Of a stretch of 32,000 bases of DNA, positions 1 through 11,556 are shown piece by piece. Origin of the DNA: Wallemia ichthyophaga EXF-994. Lineage: Eukaryota; Fungi; Basidiomycota. The first letter of the stretch is position 1, and each line of letters opens with the position of its first letter. The position numbers and the translations under genes were made by a program. The notes beneath the pieces are model-generated. The model was not told the DNA's origin, did not search any database, and saw only the letters and a program-made list of their open reading frames with translations. The DNA is taken from the NCBI RefSeq assembly GCF_000400465.1, contig NW_008806280.1:1-32000 (forward strand). The letters are read 5' to 3'.

Positions 1-249
1 CTTGTTCACCTAACCTAAAACAAATTGTATTGACTATAATCAAATGCTTGCTAACCTGAGACAAAAAAAAACGATAAGGCGAAGTTTCAAAGATCACAAC
101 AAACTAAACCTGACAGGCCATTCATATAAGATTAGATCTATATAGCACAGCGGAATGAATTGCTTCTCACTGATTTCCTACATCGATAGTAACACTCTGA
201 ATCCCGAAAGCACTCGATTGCAATCCCTGTAACACCCAATCAAACATGC

Positions 250-1604
250 TTAAATCTTGGTTGGTGTTGATGGCAGGTCAAGAGGAGTACCCGAGGGTAC
301 CACTGGCGAATCGCTGCGAGCAAAGCGTTGAGCAAGCTCAGCCGACATACGAGCTGTAGGTTTATGTTGAGCTGCCCCGGCGAGCTCAACAAACTTGCGT
401 TGCTTTACGGAGAGAATGGAGTACGCCATATCAATCCTGGGGGTCTCCACGGAGAATTCTCGTGCACGCTGAACTATAGAGCCCACGATGCACTATATTT
501 AAATCAATATGACTCTTTCTAGCCGTAAGGCACACTCACCTGCAACTCCATTGGACGATTATTGTCGTGGTCTACGAGCATAGAGGGCTTGAAAGCGGCT
601 CTTCCGGCTGCTGCCTCTTCACTTTCTCCTATCCGTTGCTCGTTCGCGTGTTGGATACCTCCAAATTGGCTCAAAGTTAGTGACAACTGCTCGTCGACAG
701 CAGTAGCAGGTAATTCTGTGCAATATGAGACGGTAGAGAAGTAACATTGACCTACTTACTGTCTTCATTAATGTCCATACTGCGGGCAACGAAGAGAATC
801 TCAAGCATTGTTCTCCTCGCGATCGGGATAACATTATTTACATTCTCATCACGCATAAGAACAGACATTGGCTCGCCTGCTAATGTAGCTAAACTACTGA
901 AGGTTGCATTCCACAAGTTCTTTTTCCATCTCACTGGTTGGATATCCGAAACAGGTAAGGTATTCGAATTACCGGCATGCAATAACTTGACTAGGTCTTC
1001 AAGCAGCCTGTCTGCATCCGCTTCTGGCATCTTTGAGGTTACCATTTGATGATTAGGTCCACGCTTCTCTCCCTTAAATCTACCAACGACGAGCAGTTCC
1101 TGATACTGTAAGCAGAAGTGAGAGTGTGCCCATCATACTCACAAGATCATTGTGCACGACTCTGCGAGATTCCTTTAGGTTTGCGCCAACCCAGATCGCA
1201 GCACTGATTATTGTCGCATGGGGGACAAGCTCTTGGAGAGGTTCTTCGATCCCTATTCCGTTTTGTAGCAGCACAAAGCAGTTTGAGCGATGTAAGCAAG
1301 GTCCCAAGATATCCTGTGTCGGGGTAACATCAGGGAGGTGTTTATATGTGCATAGAATGAATTTGTAGTCCCTATCTGCCGCTTGATGTACGTCGTGGAG
1401 CACTCTATAAGGTTGCCATGAGTGCTTGCCGAATTTGGCCGACTCAATCTGCACGCCCTGTTCTTGGACTGTTTTGTAGTTTGATCTGGCGACTGCGGTG
1501 ACTCGAACGCCTTTAGACTGTTCAAGCAGCCATCCGTATAGAGCACCAACAGCTCCAAAACCAACGAGCAGTACATCCTGTCGATTGTCCGCGGTTTCTG
1601 TCAT
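250..1604 (-). CDS. PAN5: 2-dehydropantoate 2-reductase (ketopantoate reductase, PanE/ApbA family), 4 exons
   Basis: ATG at 1604 in CCACCATGA context. Rossmann motif LVGFGAVG, LLQNGIG, catalytic Lys region WKKNLWN, and FKPSMLVD..RPME. Three short GT-AG introns join ORFs 1080-1757, 752-1045 and 250-486 in frame. Confidence 0.9.
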
Positions 1605-1851
1605 GGTGGTATTGCGATAAGATTCAGATTGGAATGAGATATAATTAGGCTCCGAACCAGGAAAAGTCTTACTGCAGCACTTTCTCAGTACAGTTCCGCA
1701 AGGGTAATTTCCAATAAACAAAACCACACTTGTAAATAGAGCATTGCGGCTATGCACTTTCTATTTCAACTTGGTGGTACTAAAACGCGTTAAATAATAA
1801 CAATATTTACAACAACTGGTAGGGCCTTCTTTGTTCTTATCTACACGTAAC

Positions 1852-4800
1852 TTAGAAGTCTTCGTCGTCAGAGAAATCAATATAAGTGGGCACTGCCTTT
1901 TGTGTTTGAGAGCGTCCAGACTTAGCGCGTGGCGCGACTGAGGCTGGTTGGTCATCCCCTCCAACGCCAAAGTCGTCCTCAGAGGCAGCAGAGCTCTTCT
2001 TACTCTTGCTAGCTGGCTTCTCGTCTTCTGATCTAGGTGTAGTGTTAGAGAAGTGGGTTGTGAATATGAAACTCACTCCTCACTAGCACCCTGCTGCTTC
2101 TTAGCGGGAGCCTTCGATGGTCCTTTTGCTGCTGCCTTGGTCTTGGTCGTCCTCTTGGTCGTCTTCCTTTCTGGACTTGCAGAGTCCTCACCCTTGACAG
2201 ACGCTTGGCGCTTAGCAGGTGGTGATTCACTGTGTATGATTATTAGTTGAAATACCTCACCTCCCTCCACCAATCACAACTCACTCGTCACTTTCGATCT
2301 TGTGCTTCTTAGCTGGTGTCTTCTTAGTGGGCTTGCTAGTCGACTTGCTCGTGACCTCAATGTCATCGTCAACCTCCTTCTCCTTCTTTGGCTGCGTCTT
2401 TTTCTTTGGACTGGCCTTCTTGCGTTTTGGAGCAGCAGCTGAAAAGTCGTCATCTTCGTCATCACTATCGCCACGCTTCTTCTTGATAGCTTTCTGTACA
2501 CGCCTTGCTGTCGCACCTTTGTTCTTCGTCTTGTTTGCGACTCTATCAGCAGCCTCTGCATCCTTCTCGATCAGATCATTCCACTCTTCCATGAAGCGAT
2601 CAAGATCGTTATCCCAAAGATGCTGGGGCATCATCTTTGCCAGATCGTTGAGCTCAGTCTCCTTGGCATCGCGTTGTTTGAGGAGTTGCTCCATCTGGTA
2701 GCGCATTAATAGAGCACGTCACACAAAAAACCCACTCACTCTCTCCATTGTCAAGCTAGAAATCTGCATGCTGAGCAAGTAATCAAAGTCGCTCGCTCCG
2801 CCCTCGTTCTCCTCTTCCTCCTCTTCCTGGCCGATAATCTCAACCTCACCAGGTCTCTTCTTCTCCCTTTGTTTAGGGAAGGGCGTAAACTTCTTGGCGC
2901 GGAGCTCTGCAACAACATCCTTCCGTTTGCGGTTAGAAACGATGAGTTCACGCTCGACAATCATCTTGATGAAGCGAGCTTGGTTGGAGAGTCGATCGAA
3001 TGCCACACCGAGCTCGTGCATCTGGTAGTCCTTTCTCAGCTGATAGTACTTGAGGCGGATGTAGAAGAACTCCTCGAGTATCTCTTCAGGGTTGGCATAC
3101 TTCCTTATCTTGCCCTCGGACGTGAAACAGACAATGTTCGAGGTCGCTATCGAGCCGTTGAGCTTAAAGTACTCATGCAGGCCCTTCTCAAGCGCAGTCT
3201 TCATCTGTTTCTGGTCGAGCGTGACGATAAATTCGACAGTCGTCGTCGTGTCGTGCTCCTCGTAGTCCTTGATCAGAGGTGCTGTCTTCTCATTTCCTTG
3301 AGCCCACAGCTTCAGCTTCTCCTCCTTATAGGGAACCGTCCATACTCGCACAGGAAGCTCAGTGATACGAACCTTGAAATCGTCAATGTGCTCAATGATA
3401 CCTTGGTTTTTGAATCTGTCCGTTGTGTTTGGCATCTGCTCAATGTTACCTGTGAAGCCGCGATACCATGGAATCATAGGTTGCATCTCCTGATTGTTGA
3501 GCTTGCGGCGGATGTTGGCAACGAGGTCTGCTGGGTTGTAGTTGGGAATGGTGGTCGACCATCCCGTACCGATACCGTCGGCGCCGTTAACAAGGACCAT
3601 TGGAATTATGGGCACGTACCACTCCGGCTCGATCCACTCATCATCTTCTTTGAGGTAAGTGAGGATAGGGTCGTCGTTGGGGTGGAAAACAGTACGCGTG
3701 ATGCGTGGAATTGCAGTGAAAATATAACGTGCAGCAGCCGAATCCTTACCGCCCTCTCTACGCGAACCGAATTGACCATTTGGTGAGAGGATGTTGAGGT
3801 TGTTCGAACCAACGTAGCTCTGTGCCATACCGACAATAGTTTGAATGAGAGACTGCTCACCGTGGTGGTATGAAGTATTTTCAGCAACAGACATACCCAG
3901 CTGAGCGACCTTGATTTCGCTTTTCAAGTTTCTTTTGATTGTACCATAAAGAACCTTTCGCTGACCAGGCTTGAAACCATCAACCATTGAAGGTATAGAA
4001 CGTGCATTGTCTGCCATCGAGAAGAGAATAAGTTCTTTGTTGACAAAGTCTTTATAAGTGATCTCATCGATGTCATGGTCCAGGTAAGTACCAGGCTGTA
4101 GGTTGCATTAGTGTGGCATGAAGAAGACAGTACAAACACCCACAGTGTACCCTCTTAGCCACTCCTTACGGTCCTCCGTACGCTTCTTGTTGAAAGCCAT
4201 ATCAATGAGCTCACGATCACCGTCTTGAGTGGAGGTAAAAGGAATACGGTGACGTTCGAGTGCTTTGAAGTACTGGCGAGCCTCCTCGTCGGACGAGGTA
4301 CCCAAACCCTTGTAATACTTCAGTCTCCAACCACGACCATCATCGTTTTGGGCCTTCCAATTTTCAAACTCGGGGACGGTGAAAAAGCTCACTTCTTGGT
4401 TCCGCTTGAACACTTTGATGATTGGAGTGATAAACTCGACAAGGAAGTTAGGGATTTTTAAGAGTGATGGATAGAAAGTATCAAAGTAGTTGATGAGCAG
4501 GCCCTTTATATGGGAACCGTCGTGGTCTTGATCAGTCATAATCATGATACTACCGTAACGCAGCTCCGTAATGGAAGAGTACTCTTTCTTGTGAGCCAAA
4601 CCAATGATGCTCTTGATGGCCGTCAGCTCTGCGTTATTCATGATGCTAGAGTGGGAGGCATCTCTGACGTTGAGGAGCTTACCACGGAGTGGAAAAACAC
4701 CGTAATAGTCTCTACCGACGACCTGAGAGCCAGACATTGCGAGTGTCTTGGCAGACAGACCTTCTGTGAGAATTAAAGTGCACTTATGACCTTCTCTTCC

Positions 4801-6460
4801 ACCCGCCTTGTTGGCTTCTTCGTAATCTTTGATGGAGATTTTTGATTTCTTAGTCTTGGTATCGCCCTTTGCCAATTGACGATCAGCGTCGAATTTTGCC
4901 CAGTCAAGTATACTCTCAACGATACCAGACTTTGATACTTTCTTATGAAACTCCTCAGAGAGTGGACACTTTGAACCGAATTGTGTGGCTTTAAGAGTGA
5001 GCGTCTCTTTAGTTTGAGAGTCGAAAGCAGGATTTTCAATCATAGAATTGACAAAAATCCACATCTGATTCTTCATCTTACCAGCAGTGACGTTAGAGCC
5101 CTTGTTTTTCTTTTTGACAATGTCGGCGAGCTTGCTTGCGATTTGATTGGTGACGTGATCGACGTGAGTACCACCTTTAGTTGTAGCGATAGAATTGACA
5201 AATGAGACCTCCCGGAAAACACCATCACTAAGTGCGAATGCCACCTCCCAGCGATCATTGACGCGCTCATGAATGATAGTTGGCTTTTTTGTGGAGGCTT
5301 CACCCTCATTACCTTGGGAGGATGCGACATACATTTCAACGTACTGCTTAAAGTTGCGGATAGGCAGGCGGGTACCGTTTAAGTAAACCTTGACACCTGG
5401 AAGACAACCGGCCATATCGTAGACTCTCTTTGTCATGAGAGCGCACATGTCATCAGAGATTTTGTCCATACCGAAGCGAGCGAGATCTGGTTTGAAGGTG
5501 ATTCTGGTGTATTCCTCACCTCTGCTGTTGCTTGTGATTTTAGGGGACTCCCTGTCGCTCATATTTTTGCGGAAAGTTTGCTTGAACTAGGTTTGTGGAT
5601 TAGATGAGAGCTTGGAATGAGATGTAAAACGTACTTTCTTTCCACTTTCACTGTCTGCTGTCTCAACGGTGAACTCCGTGGAGTAGATGTTTGTGAGCTT
5701 TGCACCGAAACCGTTACGACCGCCGGTTAGTTTCTTGTCGTCGTCATCATAATTTGATGAAGTCAGAAGCGAACCAAAGATAAGCTCAGGTATGAATATT
5801 TTCTCTTTTGAGTGGATTTCAACAGGAATACCTTTACCGTTGTTTTGAATCATAATTTTGTTATCTTCCCTGTCGATTTCAACTTTAAGTAGATCCATTC
5901 TTGGGTCACGTGTCTTGTTATCTGCAGCATTGACGAGAATTTCATCCATAATTTTGTATAAACCGGGTACTATTGAGATGTCTTTCTCGATGAGATTTTT
6001 ATTTTCATCGTCAAAGACCCAGTGGTGATCTTCGTGGGACATACAGCTACCGATGTACCTGAGGGGGGGTTTAGAGAGTGGAAATTGCACCAACGCTGTT
6101 ACCACATACATATCAGGTCTTTTAAGAACGTGTTCAAGTTGTGAGAGCTTGAGTGCGGGATGAGAAGGGAAAAGGGAGGGTGTATGTCCAACACACCTTC
6201 TGGTAAGTCTCTGAGGCAGATTTCTGCTTGGTGGAGCCTCCTCGTGGTTGGATGCTGTGAACGCCATCATCATCGTCATTATCACTTGCGTCGTCGTCGT
6301 CATTCTGAGGAGCCTTTGACTTTGATTTTGATTTTGTCGAACTGGATTTCTTTGGCGGTGGCATATCAACATCGCTGCCATCAGAAATCTCGAAATCGTC
6401 TTGCTCAGATTCACTCGGAGCTTTCTTGTTGAAGCTGAGTTTTGTCTGCTTTGGTGGCAT
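1852..6460 (-). CDS. TOP2: DNA topoisomerase II, 8 exons
   Basis: GHKL motifs (EILVNAADN, NNGKGIP, GGRNGFGAK), TOPRIM (TEGLSA, PLRGKLLN, MTDQDHDG), YYKGLGTS, active-site SAAARYIFT, and a Lys/Asp-rich C-terminal tail. Seven introns reconstructed (e.g. 6059-6109, 4096-4143). Confidence 0.98.
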
Positions 6461-6640
6461 GTAAAAGTTTCTTAAGTGGAATTTAAATTTATTGGATTGG
6501 CTGTTGAAGGGGAATGTAGATTTTGATATCCTCAGCAATCCACAAACTCGATTAATCGTGTTGGGTAATCGCTGTCGTAACGCAAGAGAAGCGCTTTTTA
6601 TCGTTTGAAATTAATGTTATTTTTTCAACAAAATACAAAT

Positions 6641-7667
6641 CTAATGTCTACTTTCTATCAATGAACAAGCTGCTGATCCTATTTGTTTGCGTATATCTTG
6701 GTGATCAACGTCGTGAGCTGTTTGGCGTGGTTAGACGCGTATTTTACGCGTTGTACGCGGTTATTTTGGTGTGATAAAACTTACAATCTTCAACTTCACC
6801 CCAGCGAGCGATTTGGGATTTAACTTCGACGTGTGCTGCTTGTGAAGCCTGATCGATGCTCAAATGACGATCAATGACGGCCAATCCAATTAAGAATGAC
6901 TTTGTGTGCATAACTATTCTCTCAAATGCTGTAAATTTAATGAGTGAATATTATTAAATGTAATAAGTCAATGCCTACCTGCCAAAGTGAATTGATCAAA
7001 CTGTTTAATCTCATTGAGAAGACGTTGACGTGATTCTTGTGGCTGCTTGCAAACAATAACATTCTCAAATACCTTTATAGGGGTGTTATAACGCTTACTA
7101 GCCCATTCAATCAAAGGTCTCCAGTGTTTCTCTTGTAATTGAACCAATTGAACAGGTTCATCTTGGAAGAAAGACACTGCGTCAGTTTCAAAGTATTTAA
7201 TGAGGTCATTGCACGTATTTTCCATTTCATTTTCACATTTAAATGAATCTAAAGCCCTTGAAGCGAGTGAGGTTATTGGAAGTGCGTGTGGCTTTATCAG
7301 CTTATCCTGAGACTGCCATTCATGAGCAATGAGAAGGGCTAAAGCTGCCTTGTTCTGTGGAAGATCCAATACATTTCCAGCAGGTGTTCTCAATTTACGT
7401 TGATCGAGGTGTACAATCTGTCTTCCTTCTACGCACTTAACTGATGCATTCTTCCAAAATCTTTTCAAATTAGATTCAGCAGCTAATTGGGGTTAGTGGG
7501 TTGTACTCAAGTTCAAACAAAATCCACTGACTCGCTGCTTGTGATTTGGTTGCAGCCGATGTGAGCGACTCAGCGGCTGCAGCGAGTGAAGAATTAAATC
7601 TAGTTAATCTGCCAACCCCATATAGTCCATTTGTATTTCTAATTCCCTTTAAATTTATCAAATTCAT
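6641..7667 (-). CDS. ATP12: Mitochondrial F1-ATPase assembly chaperone Atp12/ATPAF2, 4 exons
   Basis: Arg-rich presequence-like N-terminus, LKRFWK, LDQRKLRTP, EWQSQ, HALPITSLASRALD, and C-terminal QIARWGEVEDSHDVD. Introns at 7483-7531, 6929-6978 and 6718-6784. Confidence 0.93.
6735..6760. promoter_or_regulatory. Cluster of MCB-like (ACGCGT) elements inside ATP12 intron 3, upstream of TOP2
   Basis: ACGCGT at 6735-6740 and 6746-6751, ACGCGG at 6755-6760; 275-300 bp 5' of the TOP2 ATG. Confidence 0.55.
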
Positions 7668-7739
7668 TTTTATCAATCACCGCGTATCTCCCTTGAGGAA
7701 GGCGGGAAACCATTTTCGTCTTTTACTGTCAGCTCATAA

Positions 7740-9933
7740 ATGATCCAAATTATCGCTGCAGCCGTGGCGATCATCTTGGCAGCTTATCTGCTTAAAGATA
7801 AGATGATCAGTAAGCAGGAAGCTCGTGTACCTGTCCCGGCAGCCAACACTGCCACTCGTAATATTATCGATAAGATGCAGTCGACGAGAAAGCGTGTTAT
7901 AATCTTCTACGGTTCACAGACTGGCACTGCTGAAGAGTACGCCCTCAAAATAGCCAAAGAGTTGAAGCACAGATATGGCCTTGGTGTACTCATCGCAGAC
8001 CTCGATGACTACGAATACGAGTGTTTGCCTCACTTCCATCAAGACTGGGCTGCTGTTTTCGTTATGGCCACTTACGGTGAAGGTGAACCCACAGATAACG
8101 CTGTCGCTTTCATGGATTTCTTGGATTCTCCAGAGTTTGAAGACGGCGCTGATTCCATTCCTAACCTCAAATATCTTCTCTTTGGCCTCGGAAACAAAAC
8201 TTACACTGAATTTAACGGCGCTGCACGTAAATTGGACAACAAACTCAACAAACTCGGCGCTATCCGTATCGGTGAGAGGGGCGAGGGTGATGATAACAAG
8301 AGCATGGAAGAGGATTATCTCGCTTGGAAAGATCCTGCTTTCGATGCACTCGCAAAGAGCCTTAACATAGAAGAAGGCACCGCTGCAGAAGAGGCTGACT
8401 TTAGAGTAACCGAAATTTCTCAAATCCCAGATGAAAAGGTCTACCTCGGTGAACTCTCAGCTAGAGCTTTACACGGCACAAAAGGTATACACGACGCCAA
8501 GAATCCTTATGCAGCTCCCATTATCAAGTCAAATGATCTTTTCAAAATTGGTACAGAACGTAGCTGTATACATACAGAGTTCTCTATCCAAGATAGCAGC
8601 CTTAAGTACCAACACGGTGATCATGTCGGTTTGTGGCCTGTCAATGCCGAAGTGTATGTAGAAGAGACGCTCAAAATTCTTGGCCTTTCAGATAAACGTC
8701 AGACTGTTATTCAGATCGAATCCCTAGACCCTGCTCTCGCTAAAGTCCCATTCCCACAACCGACAAACTACGAGACGGCCTTCAGACACTATTTGGACAT
8801 CTCAGCAACGGTATCGCGTCAGACGCTTGCTTTGTTTGCAAAACACGCTCCAACGGATCAAGCAAAGTGTGTACTTTCGGAGCTGGGTAGTAGCAAAGAG
8901 AAATACAAGGAGGTAGTATCTGACCACTCTATGAGATTACACGAGGCTCTCGAACACGCTTCAACTGAGACATGGTCAATTCCATTCGAAGATATCATCT
9001 CATCCATGCCGCGTCTCTCGCCTCGCTACTATTCCATTTCCTCCTCACCTAAACTTAACCCGAACGCTATCCACATCACAGCTGTAGTTTTACAATATAA
9101 GAGCGCGGGTAATGCCAACAAGAATGTTTATGGTTTAGCCACCAACTACGTCCTCAATATAAAGCAATCAGTCAACAATGATAGTATTTCATATAGTGCA
9201 CCAGTAGATGCACAAATAATAGCACCACCTCAATACGCGATACAGGGTCCGAGAGGTGCATATGCTCGTGATGGCCACTTCAAAGCGCCAATTCACGTGC
9301 GCAGATCAAACTTTAGATTACCAAATTCACCGAAAATACCCATCATAGCAGTAGGACCAGGCACTGGTATTGCGCCATTCAGGGGATTTGTGCAGGAGAG
9401 GGTGCACCTATCGCGTCGCTACAAGGAGAAGAATGGAGCTGATGCGCTCAATGAGTGGGGCAAATTCTACCTCTTCTACGGATGTAGGAGGAGTGATGAG
9501 GATTTCCTTTACAAAGAGGAGTGGCCGGAGTATGGAAAAGAGCTTGGCGATTCGTTCGTCATGCGCACTGCGGTGAGTAGGGAAAGCGAGAAGAAGGTTT
9601 ATGTCCAAGATCATGTCTGGGAAGCTAGGGAGGAGTTGGCGGATGCGATACTAAATAAGCGCGCATATATTGTGAGTTTCTGGTTTCTTTGAAAGTTGCC
9701 CGGCTAAACAATTCTCTCACTCAGTACATCTGCGGCGAGGCTAGCAATATGGCCAGACAAGTGGAGGAGACACTCCAGCGCATCCTCGGCGAGGCTAAAC
9801 AAGGTACGGCTGAGGTGGAAGGTGCGCAAGAGATACGCCTACTTAAGGAGAGAAACCGGGTGGGTAGCTGGATCACAAGGATCAAAGCAGCATACTCACG
9901 CCAATATAGATACTTACAGACGTTTGGTCATAG
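7740..9933 (+). CDS. NCP1: NADPH-cytochrome P450 reductase, 3 exons
   Basis: N-terminal membrane anchor, FMN motifs (YGSQTGTAE, ATYGEGEPTDNA, FGLGNKTY), FAD motif RYYSISSS, GPGTGIAPF and YGCRR. Splicing at 9672-9724 and 9860-9909 restores YICGEA and the terminal DVWS. Confidence 0.97.
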
Positions 9934-10173
9934 ATGTTTTTGTGTGTTTTGCGATGGATATAATGTTAATTTTGCTGCGTGTGCTCCGTGTATTGTGTGT
10001 GTTATCAAATTTATCAGTTTGCTTGCGAGTCGAGAGCGTGGAATTAGGAGCTAGGAGAATAAAGCGAGTATATCTAGTGCGCTTTGATTGTTGGCTAGCT
10101 AACTTGCAATAAACACCAGGCACATTCACCCAGCTTACACACTCCTTCCTCCCTCTCCTTGTCTTGCACGCTC

Positions 10174-11140
10174 ATGTCCGCACCTATCGACGCCAGCCAG
10201 ATATTAGCAGAACACAGCAAACGATACAAGCCAACGCAGGTGGACAGAGAGGTACCGATAACGATAGATCTCAACCTGCTCGCTGCATTCGACACCAACG
10301 CACTTAACGCCGATGAGTTGAAAGTGGATAGAGAAGAGTACGTCAAGTCACTCACTAGAGACGGCGTACAATTACTCGTAAACAACTTGTTCCAGCAACC
10401 TATCACGAAAACTTTAGATGGCCCACTCGCCAAACTCCCAGACGAGTCAGTGTACGCAGTACCAAGAGAGAAGCCACTGCCTAAGCCTAAGCCATTGACC
10501 AAGTGGCAGAAATTCGCGAACGAGAAGGGTATCACCCACAAGAAGAAGGATAGAATGGTATTCGACGAGGACGAGCAGAAATGGGTTCCAAGATGGGGAT
10601 ACGGGGGCATTAACAAAAAGGAAGAGAATCAATGGTTGCATGAGCTTAAAGATGGTCAAGGTGAGTTGGTTTTTTGGGTGATTTTCTACCACTAACGAAT
10701 TCTCAGACGAAGACCACAACCCTGCATCCGCCATCAAGCACGCTAGAAGGGATCGTTCACTCAAGAATGTCAAGCAGCAGCTCAAGAATGAGGGTATTAC
10801 AAAGTCGGTTCAAGAAAAACAAAAGGCAGAGGCGGCTGCGAAGCGTGCGGAGAGAGCACAACATAAGCAGGAATTGGAGAAGAGTCTGCATAGATCCAGA
10901 GTCAGCACAGGTTCAATGGGTAAATTCGATAAGAAGATGTCTGGTGAGCCCGCTCTCAAAGGTCAGAAGAGAAAGTTCAATCCAGTCACCAACACAACCG
11001 AAGAACACAAATCTAATCGTGATATATTGGATAAGGTCTCGTCAGGTGCAACCAAGCTCAACAAAGGTACTGGTGGTGGTAACAAAGACCTCGTCAACAC
11101 TCGTCGAGCTATCAACACGACAAAGAGATCAAAAAAGTAG
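10174..11140 (+). CDS. RRS1: Ribosome biogenesis regulatory protein Rrs1, 2 exons
   Basis: DLNLLAAFD, TRDGVQLLVN, PREKPLPKPKPLTKWQKFA, WVPRWGY and STGSMGKFDKK; intron 10661-10706. Confidence 0.95.
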
Positions 11141-11361
11141 ATTTAGTGCGTTATTAACTTATTGTATTTGTCATGCTTTGCTTTCGGAATTCATTGTTTA
11201 GATTTACTTGAAACACTAAATGTAACACTACACGACGAATGAAGATTCATTTTAGATAACGAAATATAAATACATGTCTTATAAAGAGATCAAAAGCTAT
11301 TCGGTCTGCTCGAGTCTTGTGAGCAAGAAACTTCCCTCCAACACTCACACCTACCTCAATT

Positions 11362-11544
11362 ATGTTATCCTATGAGAAAAGAAATATCTGTGAAAATGCA
11401 AGTAAAAGCGACTGTGTTGATTTGTATTTAATGAGTGTTGAGAAGTGTGTAGCTAAATATAATGAATTAAAAGACGTCCGATTAATGAGCCACGAGGCTC
11501 AAGTGAATCAAATCACCTTGGATATATTGAAAGATGAGCCCTGA
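11362..11544 (+). CDS. Candidate 60-aa microprotein (unverified)
   Basis: ATG-initiated ORF filling an unusually large gap between RRS1 and the GT71 gene; TATAAATA at 11264-11271. I recognise no homology. Confidence 0.25.
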   Translation: MLSYEKRNICENASKSDCVDLYLMSVEKCVAKYNELKDVRLMSHEAQVNQITLDILKDEP

Positions 11545-11556
11545 TGAACTCCTTTA

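Noticed and set aside
1785-1790. Single ACGCGT upstream of the ketopantoate reductase gene
   Set aside because: An isolated hexamer is expected by chance, and there is no cell-cycle rationale, unlike the triple cluster near TOP2.
2869-3786. 305-aa ORF antisense to TOP2 (also 2300-2701 and similar shadow ORFs over NCP1, the MCO, GDPD and MTG2)
   Set aside because: They lie wholly opposite well-conserved CDSs, often start at non-ATG codons and show no motifs; long antisense frames are an expected by-product of codon bias.
9725-9745. NCP1 YICGEA instead of the usual CGDA
   Set aside because: A conservative Asp-to-Glu change; the catalytic Ser, Cys and Asp and the terminal Trp-Ser are intact.
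10674-11201. 175-codon alternative frame over RRS1 exon 2
   Set aside because: It starts with TTG inside the intron, no splice route into this frame is evident, and its Ser/Arg-rich content is what a shifted Lys/Glu-rich frame gives.
11316-11348. Intron-like GTGAGT..GCTCAC-AAG on the minus strand downstream of the GT71 gene
   Set aside because: Only 33 nt, with the branch candidate 3 nt from the AG and no upstream ATG; GTGAG/CTCAC symmetry makes such matches common here.
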